In this document: positions 8,776-17,620 of the stretch, one piece after another | How the letters are laid out: each line of letters starts with the position of its first letter | Position numbering within the stretch: the first letter of the stretch is position 1 | Origin: a virus | Lineage: Duplodnaviria > Caudoviricetes | Direction: 5' to 3' (one strand) | IMG/VR virus record: IMGVR_UViG_3300014775_000531 | Span: 1-33,419 of that record | DNA: 33,419 bases | Position numbers and translations under genes: made by a program | Notes under the pieces: generated by a model | What the model was told of the DNA's origin: nothing | Seen by the model: only the letters and a program-made list of their open reading frames with translations | Databases searched by the model: none

Positions 8776-10323
8776 TTAACCGCAGTACAACACAGTCGGG
8801 ACACAGTACGAACCGTCATCGTATTCGTGCGTCTTGACCGTGCTAGTGACTTTGCCGATGGTGCTGCTGCGAATAATGTCATCCGCTTGGACACGCGCTG
8901 TGCCGTCGCCGTTGGATTCCAGCAAGTCGCCCTCTTGCACCGTGACGCCAGCATTCACGCGACAGACAAAAGCACCGACCGCTGTGACGTACATATCATT
9001 GGTGGTTTCCCAATCGTTATCCCACGCCATGAATACGCCGTAGACCTTCTTGCTGCCAGCGGTGTCGCTGATTTTGCACTTGGGCAGACGTTCGTTTGTT
9101 TCGTCAGGCCACTCACACAATTCGTTGATGGACTCCATCACCGTGCCGCGCAGAATGTCAGGCTTGCTGCCGTCTTGCAGTTGCGACCAGTGTGAGCCTG
9201 CGAAAGCGTTGTAAGAGACGGTGTTGCCGGAGACGGAGATGGAGCCTTCAGCGGTTCCTGCCTGTCTAAACTCAACAAGTGTTCCATCATTAGTTAATCG
9301 ATTAACATACAAAGGTGTGGCACTACTTCTTACAAAAACACCAAACCCATTCGCGCCATCAAACCCAACACCTGTTCCTGTTGAACCGCTAACTAATGCG
9401 CTAGGGGTTTCTGTCGTCCCAACCAGCAAATTCCCCCCGCTCGTGATTACTACTGCTGGAGTGGTTCCAATGGTAGTTGTTCCACCAGCGGCAGAGGGGG
9501 TTATCTCAAAGGCATCATTTACGTTGTATTGGTTGCCAATGAACCAATTTTTATTCGTAGATGATCCAGCAAAGAAAATTCCTGTACCACTATTGTTTGA
9601 TGCATCAAACACCTGTAATGCTTTGCCAGTTGAATTTACTTGAAGTTTTGCAGCCGGACTGCTAGTGCCGATGCCGACGTTGCCATCGCTGCCTTGGAGG
9701 AAAAATGCGTGGGTGTTGGTGTCGGATTCAATGCGAAAATCAACGTCGTTACCGGGTTCGTTAAAGATTGTTGAGGCTCCGTCAAGGTACATTCTTTGTG
9801 CAAGCACCCCTCCAATTGCAGTCTCTATGCGAAAAGTCCCAGCATCTGACGAACTCGCAAGCCTAATTCTTACTCCATTAAACGAAGCGTTTTCATTACG
9901 CCCGAAAATGTCACCTACAGCAACAAGTGAGCTACTATCATTACGTCCGGAAAGATAAAAACTAGAAGAATTTGCCCCACCAGCGACATGAAGCTGCCCC
10001 TCTGGCGCATTCGTACCCACGCCCACCCTGTCAGTGCTGGCGTCTGCGAAAATTAGATTCGCGTCGGTGTCGCCTTCCACCCGAAAGTCAACGTCGGCGC
10101 CGGAGTCGTTGACCGTGACCGCCGTGTCAAGGTCGCAAGTGCCGGTGACTTTAAGCGTCTTGCCGCTGCCTACCTGCAAGCCCACAGACGTACCCGTGCC
10201 GTCATCTTTGAAGATGCCGTCGATGGTGTCTAGGTTGGTATTAATCTTGCCGCCCCATGTGTCAGCGGATGCGCCGACCTCGGGCTTCACTAATGACAGG
10301 TTGGTAGTATTCGTGTCAGCCAT
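8776..10323 (-). CDS. Tail fibre / receptor-binding protein with putative C-terminal chaperone domain (515 aa)
   Basis: N-terminal [19 protein letters not shown] anchor, repeated DVDFR.E.D and G.VG.GT..P fibre modules, and a C-terminal domain (F.GSH...GDLLES.G.G.A..Q.DD....TIGK) resembling peptidase G2-type chaperones. Confidence 0.85.
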   Translation of the reverse strand: MADTNTTNLSLVKPEVGASADTWGGKINTNLDTIDGIFKDDGTGTSVGLQVGSGKTLKVTGTCDLDTAVTVNDSGADVDFRVEGDTDANLIFADASTDRVGVGTNAPEGQLHVAGGANSSSFYLSGRNDSSSLVAVGDIFGRNENASFNGVRIRLASSSDAGTFRIETAIGGVLAQRMYLDGASTIFNEPGNDVDFRIESDTNTHAFFLQGSDGNVGIGTSSPAAKLQVNSTGKALQVFDASNNSGTGIFFAGSSTNKNWFIGNQYNVNDAFEITPSAAGGTTTIGTTPAVVITSGGNLLVGTTETPSALVSGSTGTGVGFDGANGFGVFVRSSATPLYVNRLTNDGTLVEFRQAGTAEGSISVSGNTVSYNAFAGSHWSQLQDGSKPDILRGTVMESINELCEWPDETNERLPKCKISDTAGSKKVYGVFMAWDNDWETTNDMYVTAVGAFVCRVNAGVTVQEGDLLESNGDGTARVQADDIIRSSTIGKVTSTVKTHEYDDGSYCVPTVLYCG

Positions 10324-10334
10324 TTCTCAGTACC

Positions 10335-10940
10335 TCAAGCAGCTTCTAAATAAGCTGGGAAAGTTTTGGTCGTCCAAGTCTCTGACGTGTCACTCACTGG
10401 CGTCCACGCCGTTGCCGTATCATCCTGCGCCGTCCACACCTCTGCGGTGTCTGGGTCTATCTCCCACTTCAAGCGCCCCGCGCAGCTCAACGTAGACGTG
10501 GCGAACAAGTGCGCCATGCCGATGTCAATCTGCTGGCCCACCACGAGCGTGGAGGCTTCTGCCAAGAGGATGGAACCGCTCTGGTGAATCCTCTCAGCGC
10601 TTGTCGTCTGTGCCGCCACCGCCGGCAGCAGCGCCGCACCCTGATGGATACGCTCGCTGTCGCAGGCCAGTGCCGCCGCAGCCGATAGCGCCGCAGCGCC
10701 TTGGTGTATCCGCTCGGCTACAGTCGTTTGTGTCGCCGCTGCGGCTAATGCCGCCGCACCTTGGTGGATGCGCTCGGCGTCTGCGATGAGCGTAGCGGCT
10801 GCATTAAGCGTGGCCGCGCCCTGCTGGACTAATACCCCCTCGCACGCCAAAGCCGCCGCAGCGGCTAAGGTGGCCTCACCCTCTTTGGGGTCAATGCCGT
10901 AGTTGCCGACCCCGTATAGCCCAGAGCCGTAACCGGCCAT
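10335..10940 (-). CDS. Tail-associated protein with 20-aa ERIHQGAA tandem repeats (201 aa)
   Basis: N-terminal GYGSGLYGVGNYG, 20-aa repeats and C-terminal WT repeats; lies between fibre genes. Confidence 0.7.
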   Translation of the reverse strand: MAGYGSGLYGVGNYGIDPKEGEATLAAAAALACEGVLVQQGAATLNAAATLIADAERIHQGAAALAAAATQTTVAERIHQGAAALSAAAALACDSERIHQGAALLPAVAAQTTSAERIHQSGSILLAEASTLVVGQQIDIGMAHLFATSTLSCAGRLKWEIDPDTAEVWTAQDDTATAWTPVSDTSETWTTKTFPAYLEAA

Positions 10941-10943
10941 GCG

Positions 10944-11327
10944 TTAGGCCAACGTGATGTCTAAGTCAGCCGCCGGCACGCGGAACACGTCACCCTGCGC
11001 CACCGTCTTGCTGGCCGTCAGTGCGCCATGCGCCAAGAGGTTGCCGCTGGTCAAGGCATCCAAGATGCCGACATGCGTGATGGTGCCCCACGCACTGCCT
11101 GCGGTCGGAAACTCCACCGCTGACGTGTTCGATGCCGTGTCATTGGTCACGGTGAAGGCAATGGTCTGCCGAGCATAAGACGTGCCGCTGCACTCGGTGC
11201 CTGAGTTATCGTCACCGGGGTCGCTGGTATACAGCGCCAAGTACAGCGTGGCTGGCGCGCTATACGCCACGCCACCAAACACATGGTCTAAAACCTTATT
11301 TTCTAGATAGTCTGAAAATGCACTCAC
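10944..11327 (-). CDS. Conserved small tail/fibre-associated structural protein (127 aa)
   Basis: SDYLEN.VLDH...LYLALYTSDP...YARQ...FPTA...WGTITH motif family; GTG start overlaps the upstream stop. Confidence 0.75.
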   Translation of the reverse strand: MSAFSDYLENKVLDHVFGGVAYSAPATLYLALYTSDPGDDNSGTECSGTSYARQTIAFTVTNDTASNTSAVEFPTAGSAWGTITHVGILDALTSGNLLAHGALTASKTVAQGDVFRVPAADLDITLA

Positions 11328-11956
11328 GGTATTACCCTCGTCGGTTTAACGGTCATCGCCACACGGCCTTGGCTCACTGCGGCGCGTGAATCTTGTACCA
11401 GCATGTCCTCAACGGCCTGCGCGTACATCTGTCCCCACAGGGCCACTCGCTCATCGTCACGCAGGTAAGGAGCCGCCTGCATCAGTGCGCCATACAAATA
11501 AACATCAGGATGACGCGCCAGAATCCAGTTGGACGTGTTGCTATCAGATAACTTGGCAAGCGTGCCGATATAGGTCAGCTCTGCGGTGTACTCGGTATCA
11601 GGCGCAGGCAGCACCTCAAACTGCGTACCGACCACGGTGAAATACAAAGGCTTGCCGGTGGTGCGGTAGACGTATTTCTTGGCGTCCAGCTCATCCTCTG
11701 AGAGAAACACCAAAGGCTGCACGGGTGCGGTGGAGGTCAGCACCAAAGACTTGGCCGACACAAAGTCAGACGGCACCGCCGAGAAGGGCGTGTCAATCGT
11801 AGCGGTCGCACGCTTGACCATACGCTCAACCGGCAAGCGCCGCTCAAGCTGCGCCTCGGTAAGCGAAATGAAGTCAGGGATAACCGAGGTCAAATCGTCT
11901 CGGTTAAGCCAATCGGCAACGCTAGACTTCAACTCGTTGTATGAGGTTAGTGCCAC
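11324..11956 (-). CDS. Head-tail adaptor (SU10-type / P22 gp4 position)
   Basis: Y.ELKS.VADWLNR.DL..IPDFI.L.EA and NWIL..HPDVYLYGAL..AAPYL motifs. Confidence 0.85.
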   Translation of the reverse strand: MALTSYNELKSSVADWLNRDDLTSVIPDFISLTEAQLERRLPVERMVKRATATIDTPFSAVPSDFVSAKSLVLTSTAPVQPLVFLSEDELDAKKYVYRTTGKPLYFTVVGTQFEVLPAPDTEYTAELTYIGTLAKLSDSNTSNWILARHPDVYLYGALMQAAPYLRDDERVALWGQMYAQAVEDMLVQDSRAAVSQGRVAMTVKPTRVIP

Positions 11957-12596
11957 CTTCTAGCTGCTCCTTCATGGCCCACGCACCCTCGTGTGAGTAT
12001 TCAAAGGTGCCGATATGTTTGACGTGGTGGCTCAAATCGTGATCCACCAACACCTCAAACCCTGCCTCTCGCGCCTTGGTGCAAAAGAAAACGTCCTCGC
12101 CTATGTAGTGGTCGCCCTTCGTTGAGTACGGAATGGCGAACCAAGGCTGCTCCATCTTCTCAAACACTTCGCGTTTCACCATCATCACGCCCATGCCGAC
12201 ATAATCGACAGGCTGCAAGCCCTCAGAGTCGGGTGCCGTGTACACGCGGCCAATCTTCCCGTCCTCATCCATCATGGCGACCGGCTTCACCGGCATGCGA
12301 CGTGTCGCATAGTTTGCCGCCACAATCGGCTTGTCTCTCGCTATCAGGTGCCCGATGGTTTCTTTGGGAAACCGCATGTCAGAGTCGAGCCATAGAAAAT
12401 AATCGGCCCCCTCTTTTAATGCTTGACGGGCAAGCTCTGTGCGTTGGGAGGCGATTAGCGTGCCGTGTGAGGTGTATAACATCACGCGGTCATCTGTCAT
12501 CGCGGTATGCGCCGACATGGCCCGTGCCATGTCATACGCAAACGAGGTCATCACAGTGTCCCGCGCTGGCACCAAGATGGCGACAGAGCGGCTCAT
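11922..12596 (-). CDS. GT-A fold glycosyltransferase (GT2-like)
   Basis: VAILVP N-terminus, WLDSDM (DxD), GMGVMMVKREVF, GEDVFFC and HIG motifs. Confidence 0.85.
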   Translation of the reverse strand: MSRSVAILVPARDTVMTSFAYDMARAMSAHTAMTDDRVMLYTSHGTLIASQRTELARQALKEGADYFLWLDSDMRFPKETIGHLIARDKPIVAANYATRRMPVKPVAMMDEDGKIGRVYTAPDSEGLQPVDYVGMGVMMVKREVFEKMEQPWFAIPYSTKGDHYIGEDVFFCTKAREAGFEVLVDHDLSHHVKHIGTFEYSHEGAWAMKEQLEGGTNLIQRVEV

Positions 12597-12904
12597 ACAC
12601 GCCCCGGACGTGTTCTAAATAACTTGTTGTCTGGATCGTTTAGCCATTTTTTCATGGCCGCCGGATCGTCAATGATGCCCTGCTGCTTTAGGCGGTAGAA
12701 AAGCGTCATCGGGATTGACGCTACTTTGCTCCACTCGCCCCAGCGCGCACGCTCATCAATACTGTTAAATTCTTCCTTGTTGGCCTCTATGATGCTGCCA
12801 GCCTGAAACTCAGTTTCAATCGTGGCCTCATCTTTGTCGGCATCGTAGTGCCACCACTTCGTGGTGCCTGTCTCTGGGTCGTAGTCAAATAATTTCTTTG
12901 ACAT
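12593..12904 (-). CDS. Conserved phage protein downstream of major capsid (103 aa)
   Basis: KVASIP...KWLNDPDN..FRT motif; GAGG RBS upstream. Confidence 0.7.
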   Translation of the reverse strand: MSKKLFDYDPETGTTKWWHYDADKDEATIETEFQAGSIIEANKEEFNSIDERARWGEWSKVASIPMTLFYRLKQQGIIDDPAAMKKWLNDPDNKLFRTRPGRV

Positions 12905-12913
12905 GTTGCCTCG

Positions 12914-12950
12914 CTAGAAGGGCAGCGGCACCATTGCCGCCGCCCTCTAG
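12914..12950 (-). terminator. GC-rich hairpin after the major capsid gene (leaky terminator or mRNA stabiliser)
   Basis: Minus strand AGGGCGGCGGCA-AUGG-UGCCGCUGCCCU forms a 12-bp stem with one G.U pair and only a weak U tract. Confidence 0.65.
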
Positions 12951-12964
12951 TTTAGCTTTTTTTA

Positions 12965-13945
12965 TTAGGTCGTGGTCAGGTCAGCAGCCAATCCGTGCGC
13001 CGCTTCCTGGTTCACCTTCAAGCCCCACTCGACCACGATCATGCGCTTCTCGGCATCGCCGGTCTTCGCAAGCTCAACGGTCTGGAAGGGACGCAAGAAG
13101 GCAACGCTTGCGTACTCAGGGTCAAGCACGAAAGCATCACGCTCGCGTTGGAACCGATTCGGAACAACGGAAATCGCGCCGAAATCTGATTGGTAGATAT
13201 CCGCCGCCGCGATGATTCGCGCTTGCCCACGAGCAGGCGCATCAACACGAATCTGCGCAATACCCGAGAAGCCAGAGACGCGCTGCTTGTTGACAGGGCC
13301 AACCATCAGGATTTTCGGCGTACCGCCTTCCGTCCACACCTGCTGGACGACATCCTTGAGGATGACTTCCGTGAAGGTGCGCTGGTCAGCAGCCAAAGCG
13401 TCCGTACGGGTCGCGTTGGGCGAGGTGGTGTAGGACGGGTCAGCACCGCTTGAGCCTTTGTTCGTGTTGGTCTTCAAGAAGGCCAAGAGCGAACCCGTCT
13501 TGCGCAACGCAGTGGAGACACCAGCCGAACCAGCGGCAGCCGCTTGGTTCGTGAGCATGATGCTTTCCATGTCGCGCTTCAACTCGGCCGAACGCTTCGC
13601 AAGCTGATAGGCCAACTCAGAGCGACGGCCCGCCTTGTCCACCGACTCAAGGGTGCCCGAGAGGATGAGCGTCTTGCGGCTGACCTGCGTGTAGTTGCCA
13701 ATGCGAGCGGTCGCAGAGGTGCTGTCGTAGGCCGACACGTCGTCGCCTTCGATTTGCGCGTTGGTCGTGGAGGCCGCGGCCAAAGAATCCGTCTGCCACT
13801 CAAAATAAGTGTTCTTGACGTTTTCACGGCCAATGTTGCTCATAAATGGAGTTTCTTCTGGTGATATGTTGTAGATCACATTCGAAAGAGACTCACGGAT
13901 ACCCTTCGCATTGAAGGTATCAAAAGTGTTACTAGTCTGGGACAT
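12965..13945 (-). CDS. Major capsid protein (SU10-type / DUF5309-like HK97 fold)
   Basis: RESLSNVIYNISPEETPF, EWQTDSL, NYTQVSRK, ELKRDME and LAKTGDAEK motifs; follows the scaffold gene. Confidence 0.93.
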   Translation of the reverse strand: MSQTSNTFDTFNAKGIRESLSNVIYNISPEETPFMSNIGRENVKNTYFEWQTDSLAAASTTNAQIEGDDVSAYDSTSATARIGNYTQVSRKTLILSGTLESVDKAGRRSELAYQLAKRSAELKRDMESIMLTNQAAAAGSAGVSTALRKTGSLLAFLKTNTNKGSSGADPSYTTSPNATRTDALAADQRTFTEVILKDVVQQVWTEGGTPKILMVGPVNKQRVSGFSGIAQIRVDAPARGQARIIAAADIYQSDFGAISVVPNRFQRERDAFVLDPEYASVAFLRPFQTVELAKTGDAEKRMIVVEWGLKVNQEAAHGLAADLTTT

Positions 13946-13956
13946 TGAAGTTTACC

Positions 13957-14934
13957 TCAATCAATGAATTGCTCAAAAACGGCGGCGGCATCTTTGGCGC
14001 TGCCGGACTTGGCGAGTCTTGAAAGAGCGTCCTTTGACGTGCGTACCTTGGTCGATTGGGGCGAGCCAGCCGTGCCACCCTTCATGGGCTTGGCCTTCTG
14101 CTGGATGGTGGGTCGCATCTTGTCACGCTTAGACATCAGCTCATCGTAGAGCCATGCCTTGCGCAACGCGACGACCGCACGAGCGTCGTAGATGTCTGAG
14201 ATTTCATCGGCACTGAAGCCAAGTTTCCCAGTGGCATACTCGACAATCTTTGCCTTCTCGGCGCGTGCTTTATCGCTGTCACGCCAATCAGGCAACGCAT
14301 CCAACAACTTCTCACGCTCTGATTCCAGAGTGCGAGCCTGCTGCTCTTGCTCCTCAACCTGCTGGCGCTGCTGCAAGGCCTGCTGCTGGGACTGTACCCA
14401 CATCATCTGCTCTTGCCGCGTTCGTGCCAGCTCTCGCTGCCGCACCCACTCGGTGGGATTCTCTTGGTAGAGCCTGTCCCAGTCGATTTCGGGCGGCTGC
14501 ATCGCCTGCAACTGCTGACTCAGCACTTGCAGCGTGGCCGCATATCTCTCCCGCTCTTCCCGCGCTTGAGTCAGCTCTGCCTCGGTCTCTTTACGAGCCT
14601 GGGCGATGGCTTGCGTCTTGCGCGTGTAGTCTGCGGTGCGTGAGTAGCCCTTCAGTAGCTCATCCAGCGGCACCTCGACCTCTTCCCCGTCAACCTTGAC
14701 GCGGAAAGTCTGGGACTGCTGGGGCGCTTCTTCAGCCACCTCATCGCTGTCGGTGTCCTCGGTTGCCTCCTGATCCGACTCGCCGTCAAAATCAAGCTCA
14801 ACCTCCTCACCCTCTCCCTCTGGGGGGCTTTCTTGCTGCTCGTTTTCGCCGTCTTCGGCGGCGAGCATCTGCTCAAAAGCGTCCACTGGGGATGTATATT
14901 CTCCGGGGGGTGTACCCGTGCCGGTTTCATTCAT
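13957..14934 (-). CDS. Capsid scaffolding protein
   Basis: Acidic N-terminus, VKVDGEEVEVPLDELLKGY...DYTRKTQ motif and coiled coil; directly upstream of the capsid gene. Confidence 0.88.
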   Translation of the reverse strand: MNETGTGTPPGEYTSPVDAFEQMLAAEDGENEQQESPPEGEGEEVELDFDGESDQEATEDTDSDEVAEEAPQQSQTFRVKVDGEEVEVPLDELLKGYSRTADYTRKTQAIAQARKETEAELTQAREERERYAATLQVLSQQLQAMQPPEIDWDRLYQENPTEWVRQRELARTRQEQMMWVQSQQQALQQRQQVEEQEQQARTLESEREKLLDALPDWRDSDKARAEKAKIVEYATGKLGFSADEISDIYDARAVVALRKAWLYDELMSKRDKMRPTIQQKAKPMKGGTAGSPQSTKVRTSKDALSRLAKSGSAKDAAAVFEQFID

Positions 14935-14960
14935 TCTTTTATTTTGAAGGATTCAAGCGG

Positions 14961-15230
14961 TCAGCGGCGACCCGCGATGCGGTCAATGTCGCGCTTGGCG
15001 ATCACGCCATTTTCAACGACCACCCGCAGGTGGCGCTTGACCTCGCCAAGTACTTGGATGGCGAGCCACAGCCGCTCACGCTCTTCAAGGTCTGGCAGCT
15101 TGCTCTGCCGCCACTCGTCCATGTAGGCCGCCTCGATCTTGTCGAACGCCTCGGCCAGCATGGGGTTATCAAGCAGCTCCTCGGCCTCTCGGCCACGCTG
15201 CGCGTCTTGGTACGGGTTACGCTCGCTCAT
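14961..15230 (-). CDS. Conserved head-module protein (89 aa)
   Basis: AEELLDNP.L.EAF...ERERLW motif, commonly found between portal and scaffold. Confidence 0.7.
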   Translation of the reverse strand: MSERNPYQDAQRGREAEELLDNPMLAEAFDKIEAAYMDEWRQSKLPDLEERERLWLAIQVLGEVKRHLRVVVENGVIAKRDIDRIAGRR

Positions 15231-15403
15231 GCCAAGAGGCCGCGCTTCACGCCGCGCATGGATTTCTTGAGGCGGCCTGACTTTTTGTCGGCCTTGCTGA
15301 ACTCTTTAGCCACCTTCATCGGCACGCCCACCCGCTCTGCAAACTCAGGGTCGTGGGCGGCGGCCGCCATGAGGCGAGCTTGTTTTTTGGACTTGCTTGG
15401 CAT
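15227..15403 (-). CDS. Small basic protein (58 aa, MPSKSKKQARLMAAAAHDPEFA...RGLLA)
   Basis: ATG at 15403 with GAGG RBS; Lys/Arg-rich. Confidence 0.7.
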   Translation of the reverse strand: MPSKSKKQARLMAAAAHDPEFAERVGVPMKVAKEFSKADKKSGRLKKSMRGVKRGLLA

Positions 15404-15408
15404 AACAT
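15380..15408 (+). promoter_or_regulatory. Putative sigma70 promoter for the antisense 76-aa gene
   Basis: TTGTTT(15380-15385)-17 bp-TAACAT(15403-15408). The ATG at 15418 would be near-leaderless. Confidence 0.4.
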
Positions 15409-15417
15409 AAGCCTCAG

Positions 15418-15648
15418 ATGAACACAAAAAAGTTATCGCCTATTGTAAACACAGAAATCAACATTCCCGAAAAGATGTTTGATGCTTTGTGTTTGTTGGA
15501 AATAGTCCTGTGCGCTCGCGGGGTAAATTCTGTTTCTCAAGAAGAAATTAAAGAATATTTGAAAAATAAATATGACAATGACTTTGCAGAATCGTTTTAT
15601 CCTGAATATATGATTAGTAGCCCAATTTCTTTAGCAAATCAGAAGTAA
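15418..15648 (+). CDS. AT-rich antisense small protein, candidate immunity/antitoxin (76 aa)
   Basis: Fills an otherwise empty gap of about 200 bp. Very low GC (15541-15600: 13/60 G+C). Its 3' end overlaps the 3' end of the 410-aa gene. Confidence 0.65.
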   Translation: MNTKKLSPIVNTEINIPEKMFDALCLLEIVLCARGVNSVSQEEIKEYLKNKYDNDFAESFYPEYMISSPISLANQK

Positions 15649-16846
15649 TCATCCCCCCGTAAGGCTTCATTTGCAAAGCCCGCACATCTGCCGCAGAGGG
15701 GTTTCTTGGGTCTGAAATGCCTCTTGCCCTAGCCGCTTGCTCAAGCAGTTGGTATACGCGCAAATCTTCTTTTAAGCGGCCTATCCCTTCTCCCGGAATG
15801 CCAGTGTCATATGAGGCATGCCCCGACCGTTCAATAAGCGGCCTATCAGCGTAAATAATGCCGACATTTTGCAACCCTGATTCTGGGGCTGTGTATTGCC
15901 TAGGGTCAGCAACAGCAAGCCTAGCCTCTCCAACACTTAACCCCCCCTCGCCTCTAAATTCAATATCTAAATTGTTTTTGATTTCTTTTCTTATGGCATC
16001 TGGCGCGTTTCTAAATTGTTTTATGCTTTCTTCGCTGCCAATCCCAGACCAATTTGGAATCATTTTTTTTATCATTGCGTCGGCTTTCTTTTTCGTTTTT
16101 TTATTTAATGCAACATCAGCATAACTAAGCATTGTCTCGCCAGTCATGGTTGCAAAGTCGCCGCCAGTTGGAGCCATTCGCCAAGGCAGATAAATAGGGT
16201 CTTGTCCAAATTCTTCTTTTAGTGCTTTAGCGGCTTTTGCTACTTTTGAAGAAGCTGATTTTTGAGAAGCCCATACCATGTCAGGATTTTCAAACATAAA
16301 ATCTTGGCCGCCCTGCAAATTGATTGGCCGCGCAAGCTCTAAGTCATTTATAGCTCGGAGTAGCCCACCGGCAGCCGTTCTATCGCTCATGCTTGTTATG
16401 AACGGTTTACCTTCAAATTGCGTAATAGACACTTCTGGAGGATTGATTGTGCCTCTAGATTCAACAGTCCTTTCTAGTGCCTTTAATCTTGGCTGGTCTT
16501 TTACTCTAGGCTTAGAGCCAAATACAGAATTACTAAATCGCGGGTCATATTCAGCAATCCCCATTGTCGGCGCACGTCGCATAGCCGATATGGCGCGCCC
16601 AAATGGAATAAATTCGGTAGCAGCTAAAGCCGCTCCAGCAGGGTCTCCCGCTCGACGTGCGCGCTCAATGTCGCGCAGCGCCATCGCCTGCCCTATTCCT
16701 GGCACAAATCCAAGAGCCGCTTCAATTGCTTGCTGGGCCGTAGAAGCATCTTCTTGAGGGTCAAGCGACAAAAGACTTTCGACAGTGCGCCTTGCCTGCG
16801 GCAGCACATCATCAAAAAGCAACCCACGTTGTCGCCTCTCAGCCAT
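15614..16846 (-). CDS. Putative virion-delivered effector / polymorphic toxin-like protein (410 aa)
   Basis: N-terminal pre-toxin-like hairpin (ALGFVPGIG...GDPAGAALAATEFIPFG) followed by an AT-richer C-terminal domain of unknown function. Confidence 0.55.
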   Translation of the reverse strand: MAERRQRGLLFDDVLPQARRTVESLLSLDPQEDASTAQQAIEAALGFVPGIGQAMALRDIERARRAGDPAGAALAATEFIPFGRAISAMRRAPTMGIAEYDPRFSNSVFGSKPRVKDQPRLKALERTVESRGTINPPEVSITQFEGKPFITSMSDRTAAGGLLRAINDLELARPINLQGGQDFMFENPDMVWASQKSASSKVAKAAKALKEEFGQDPIYLPWRMAPTGGDFATMTGETMLSYADVALNKKTKKKADAMIKKMIPNWSGIGSEESIKQFRNAPDAIRKEIKNNLDIEFRGEGGLSVGEARLAVADPRQYTAPESGLQNVGIIYADRPLIERSGHASYDTGIPGEGIGRLKEDLRVYQLLEQAARARGISDPRNPSAADVRALQMKPYGGMITSDLLKKLGY

Positions 16847-17165
16847 CTTTGCGCTTCCTATATTGCTCTAAGAGCCGCCGCCCCTTGGCGACAGCACTCG
16901 CCTTGTCCCCTCGATGCCCCCACGCCTCAAGGCTTAACTTGAGCCGTGTCTTATCGCCGTCGTCGTCAAATAGCAGCCCCGGCATCGACCCCATGCGGGT
17001 CAAGAATGACCCTTTGCGCCGCATCTGCTCTGGCGTCTTTGGTGCGCCCTTCACAGGCGGCTTGAGCGTGCCGCCCGTCTCGGCCTTGTAGCTGGCACGG
17101 CCCTTTTCATTGAGGCCGCCCGTCTTAGATTGCCCCTCTTTACGCTGCCATGCCGGCGTTTTCAC
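16839..17165 (-). CDS. Basic phage protein, DUF6321-like (108 aa)
   Basis: AWQRKEG..K.GGLN.KGRASY...LKPPV...R..SF..RM motif; GTG start. Confidence 0.7.
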   Translation of the reverse strand: MKTPAWQRKEGQSKTGGLNEKGRASYKAETGGTLKPPVKGAPKTPEQMRRKGSFLTRMGSMPGLLFDDDGDKTRLKLSLEAWGHRGDKASAVAKGRRLLEQYRKRKDG

Positions 17166-17620
17166 GAGTATTCATCCTCGTCATCGTCGTCCATGTCGTA
17201 CTCGGTGCGCGCCATCGCCAGCATGTCCTTTTGCTTGTTGGTCATGCTCTTGGTAATCGGGCCACCTGATAGCCAAGCCGAGCAAGTACGCCCTGCGGCG
17301 CACTTAAAATGGAACAGCTCGCAATAACCCAGGTCAGCGGCGTCAATGACCTCCTCGGTCAAGTCTTGCTCAGCCTCCTCGGGTTCAATGCCACTCACGA
17401 TGCACTGAATCATCTCAGGCGTTTGGATGAAGGCCGCGCAGTTACCGCAGCGCATCGTGCGCGCTTGGTCTACGTCGGTCTGCCACTCATCGGCACGCTC
17501 TTGCCAAAACTCATCGTTTGGCTCTTCTGGATTAGCAGGGCCATAGCCGACATTCTTAAAAGCCCAGTTGCGCTTTTTAAGATTCAGCTTGATGTCTTGA
17601 GTCGCGTCAGGGCATTTCAT
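17162..17620 (-). CDS. Cys-rich HiPIP-like putative Fe-S/metal-binding protein (152 aa)
   Basis: C58GNC61AAF ... GYC100ELF...C113SAW pattern; acidic tail. Confidence 0.55.
   Translation of the reverse strand: MKCPDATQDIKLNLKKRNWAFKNVGYGPANPEEPNDEFWQERADEWQTDVDQARTMRCGNCAAFIQTPEMIQCIVSGIEPEEAEQDLTEEVIDAADLGYCELFHFKCAAGRTCSAWLSGGPITKSMTNKQKDMLAMARTEYDMDDDDEDEYS

Noticed and set aside
8776-10323. Diversity-generating retroelement or invertible shufflon acting on the tail fibre
   Set aside because: No reverse transcriptase, invertase or near-identical TR/VR repeat pair seen in the window.
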